Shown here one piece after another: positions 60,890 to 64,000 of a stretch of 64,000 bases of DNA. The DNA is from Macrostomum lignano. Its lineage: Eukaryota. The DNA lies in assembly GCA_002269645.1 (NCBI GenBank), contig NIVC01003933.1, forward strand, positions 1-64,000, written 5' to 3'. Position 1 is the first letter of the stretch. Each line of letters starts with the position of its first letter. The position numbers and the translations under genes were made by a program. Below the pieces are notes generated by a model. It saw only the letters and a program-made list of their open reading frames with translations. It was not told the origin of the DNA and did not search any database.

Positions 60890-61900
60890 AGAAAACATCC
60901 CAGGACAGCAAGCAACCCCCCAGATAGCAAGCACCACCAGATAGCAAGCATCTCCAGATAGCAAGCACCCCCCGATAGCAGGCACCCCAGATAGCAAGCA
61001 TCCACCTAATAGCAAGCACCCCAAGATAGCAAGCATCCACCTAATAGCAAGCACCCTTAGAAAGCAAGCATCCTCAGATAGCAAGCATCCACCTAATAGC
61101 AGGCACCCTTAGATAGCAAGCATCCCCAGATAGCAAGCACCCCCCGATAGCAGGCACCCCAGATAGCAAGCATCCACCTAATAGCAAGCACCCCAAGATA
61201 GCAAGCATCCACCTAATAGCAAGCACCCTTAGAAAGCAAGCATCCACCTAATAGCAGGCACCCTTAGATAGCAAGCATCCCCAGATAGCAAGCATCTCCA
61301 GATAGCAAGCACCCCAGATAGCAAGCATCCACCTAATAGCAAGCACCCCAAGATAGCAAGCATCCACCTAATGGCAAGCACCCTTAGAAAGCAAGCACCC
61401 CCAGATAGCAAGCATCTCCAGATAGCAAGCATCTCCAGATAGCAAGCACCCCAGATAGCAAGCATCCACCTAATAGCAAGCACCCCCAGATAGCTAGAAC
61501 CCCCAAGACAGCAAGCATCCCCCCCAGATAGCACACATATCCAGATAGCAAGCACTCCAAGATAGCAGGCACCCCAGATAGCAAGCATCCACCTAATAGC
61601 AAGCACCCTTAGATAGCAAGCATCCCCAGATTGCAAGCACCCCCAGATAGCAAGCACCCCCAGATAGCACGCATCTCCAGATAGCAAGCACTCCAAGATA
61701 GTAGGCACCCTAGATAGCAAGCATCCACCTAAAAGCAAGCACCCCCAGATAGCTAGAACCCCCAAGATAGCAAGCATCCCCCCAGATAGCAAGCACCCCC
61801 AGATAGCAAGCACCCCCAGATAGCAAGCATCCCCAGATAGCAAGCACCCCCAGATAGCAAGCATCCAATTGATAGCAATTATCTATCTTAAATAGCAAGC
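60890..61900. repeat. ~16-bp AGATAGCAAGCACCCC array upstream of ARV1
   Basis: Direct reading. Confidence 0.92.
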
Positions 61901-62004
61901 ATCCACCAGACAATAAGTATCTAGTGCAACAATTTCCTTAGCTTTATAGTGGCTACTTTATGATTGGCATGACGCTTCTTTTTACGTTTGTAATTGTCTC
62001 CATT

Positions 62005-62420
62005 ATGACATGGTGGCTCTTTTATGTTTGACATGGTGGCTTTTTAATGTTTGACCTGGTGGCACTTTAATGTCTGCAATGATGGCTCTTTAATGTCTGA
62101 CATGGAGTCACTTATACACTTGACATGGTGGCTCTTTAATGTTTGACATGGTGGCTCTTTAATGTCTATAATGATGGCTTTTTAGTGTTTACCATGGTGG
62201 CTCTTTAATGTTCGACATGATGGCTCTTTAATGTTCGACATGGTGGCTCTTTAATGTTCGACATGGTGGCTCTTTAATGTTTGACATGGTGGCTCTTTCA
62301 TCTTTGACACGGTGGCTCTTTAATGTTAGACATGGAGTCACATATATGTTTGACATGGTGGCCTTTAATGTTTGAAATGGTGCCACTTTTGTTTGACATT
62401 GTGCTTCTTTTATGTTTAGC
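62005..62420. repeat. Degenerate 23-bp TTGACATGGTGGCTCTTTAATGT array
   Basis: Direct reading. Confidence 0.85.
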
Positions 62421-62759
62421 ATTTTGTGTTTTTAAGGTTTTTGAATAAAAAAATATTTTTGCACTACTAAGATTTGAATTGAGGTTGCTGAATTAGCAGT
62501 CCAGTCTGTTTGCATCTAGGCTATCTCTTGTCGATTGGAGAATATGAATTGTGGCCCTTATAATTCAATTCTTATAGCAAATCGGTTAGAGTAAAAAGTT
62601 ATGACATAATCAATTTCTCAGTCAGCCAGTATCAGTCTCAATTTAAGTTAGCAATATGGTTACGCAATTTCATTCAAGTCGTGTGTGCATTTCTTCGGCA
62701 CTGTTTTCAACTTGCTGTGATGCAATCTTTATCAGAATTGAAATTCAGTCAGTCAGTTT

Positions 62760-63008
62760 TTTCTCTAGCATTCTTACAATGCATTTCAGGTCGAAAGAGC
62801 TGCTTGACCTTTGCAGAAAATCATGTTTTTCGAATATTTAATCCCTTTAATATTGATCGATTTCTTAGCCAAGATGCATGCACCATCCCAGGAAAATTTT
62901 GATTGAATGGTGCAAGTTTGAAGAGAATCAGTTGAGCCATTCTCGAAAAATCAATTACACGCACGCACGCACGCACAAATACAGCGCAAAATTAGTATAT
63001 AGAAGACT
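62760..63008 (+). mobile_element. Possible Helentron/HINE-type non-autonomous element relic
   Basis: TTGACCTTTG core, GCAAGTTTGAAGAGAATC, (CACG)n microsatellite then TTAGTATATAGAAGA end; resemblance from general knowledge only. Confidence 0.3.
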
Positions 63009-64000
63009 AAATAGTAGTACATAGATAGGACTTTCAATGTCATGCATTATTTATCCAACCCTACAACATCCATGGCTTTATTTTTAGGCCAGATGGGACA
63101 TTGAAGCAGGAGCCCTTAATATTTGTATTGATGTCTAAGTGCCCTTGCTAGGACTATCAACAGTTCTCCAAACTGTGTAGACTGATACTACAATACAGGT
63201 AATTACATGTACTAATATACTAACAAAAGTACTTATACTAGTATTGACTATTTTAAGCATGTAATGTCTATCCAATGTTCATTTTATTGCTTACTATACC
63301 CCAAACAACAATATCCTTTCAATATAGACTGCTTGGATTTGTATTTGACTTTGAGGCAGCTATGTGAATAGCACTTCCTACAATCCATGTGGCATTGTGG
63401 CCTCATATGCAATAGCAGGAATGTAACTTCCACTTTACTCAAGTTACATAGTGACATGTGCAAGCCCTTGGTCTCCAAAAGGCTTACATCAAAAACCTAC
63501 AAACTTGGACTTTCTGCAGAAATCTAATGGTGCTAGCAAAGCAATTCTTCTAGCTAATGAAATATGATGGCAGTTTAAGCAACTTTGCATCCTTGCCAGC
63601 ACATAATGCCTATTCAGTCACTCTTGGATTAGCTATGCTTTTAGTTATATATACCATTAACAAAATTTTGAAATTGTATTATAATCAAAATTTCTGTCAA
63701 AATTGGGTAAACATATGCATTTGTATAATTTAATTTAAGGACACATGGTTAAATAAGACCATCTGCAGCAATAACAAAATATTTATTTATGACTGTTCTA
63801 TCAAAACTAACAATGTAGAAGGTAAGCATAAATTGATCAACTACTAGGCTTAGCAAGGCAACCTTAAATTTTGTTCTCATCTGACTTTTGTGCAAGGAAG
63901 GGCAATTTACCACCATTGATACTCCATTTATTGCATTGCATAGGGATAGTTGCAATAGTTCAAGTACAAAGCATTGTAAAAGTGCAACTACATTTTTATA

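Overview
Eukaryotic (animal) genomic DNA with spliceosomal introns, GC-rich coding exons and about 35 different tandem arrays. This pattern resembles a Macrostomum-type free-living flatworm (inference only). Genes reconstructed by hand from splice sites and reading phase: (1) the last exon of a FoxQ2-type forkhead gene (+, 522-1001), broken by two apparent 1-nt frameshifts; (2) a 7-exon, ~1245-aa TRP channel (-, 29057..19173) with a TRPM-type MHR3/4, S1-S6, TRP box and coiled coil, but with 4-5 N-terminal ankyrin repeats where the MHR1/2 (SLOG) domain normally sits; (3) a complete 14-exon UDP-glucose:glycoprotein glucosyltransferase (UGGT; -, 47441..32662; ~1571 aa; ends HTEL; first intron GC-AG); (4,5) two tandem, 2-exon, ~620-aa divergent TRPV-like channels (-, 51197..49225 and 55312..53369) with a shortened ankyrin domain and a Gly-free 'LNIVD' filter; (6) a 2-exon ARV1 (-, 60174..58071). 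Almost every long intron of the TRPM-like and UGGT genes carries its own minisatellite. Also present: a hAT-like MITE with an internal minisatellite, two copies of a second MITE family, and an ~18-kb gene-poor interval after FoxQ2. No CRISPR, rRNA or tRNA was seen. Most long ORFs in the supplied track are translations of tandem repeats. The best candidates for novelty are the ankyrin-TRPM hybrid channel and the atypical TRPV-like pair.
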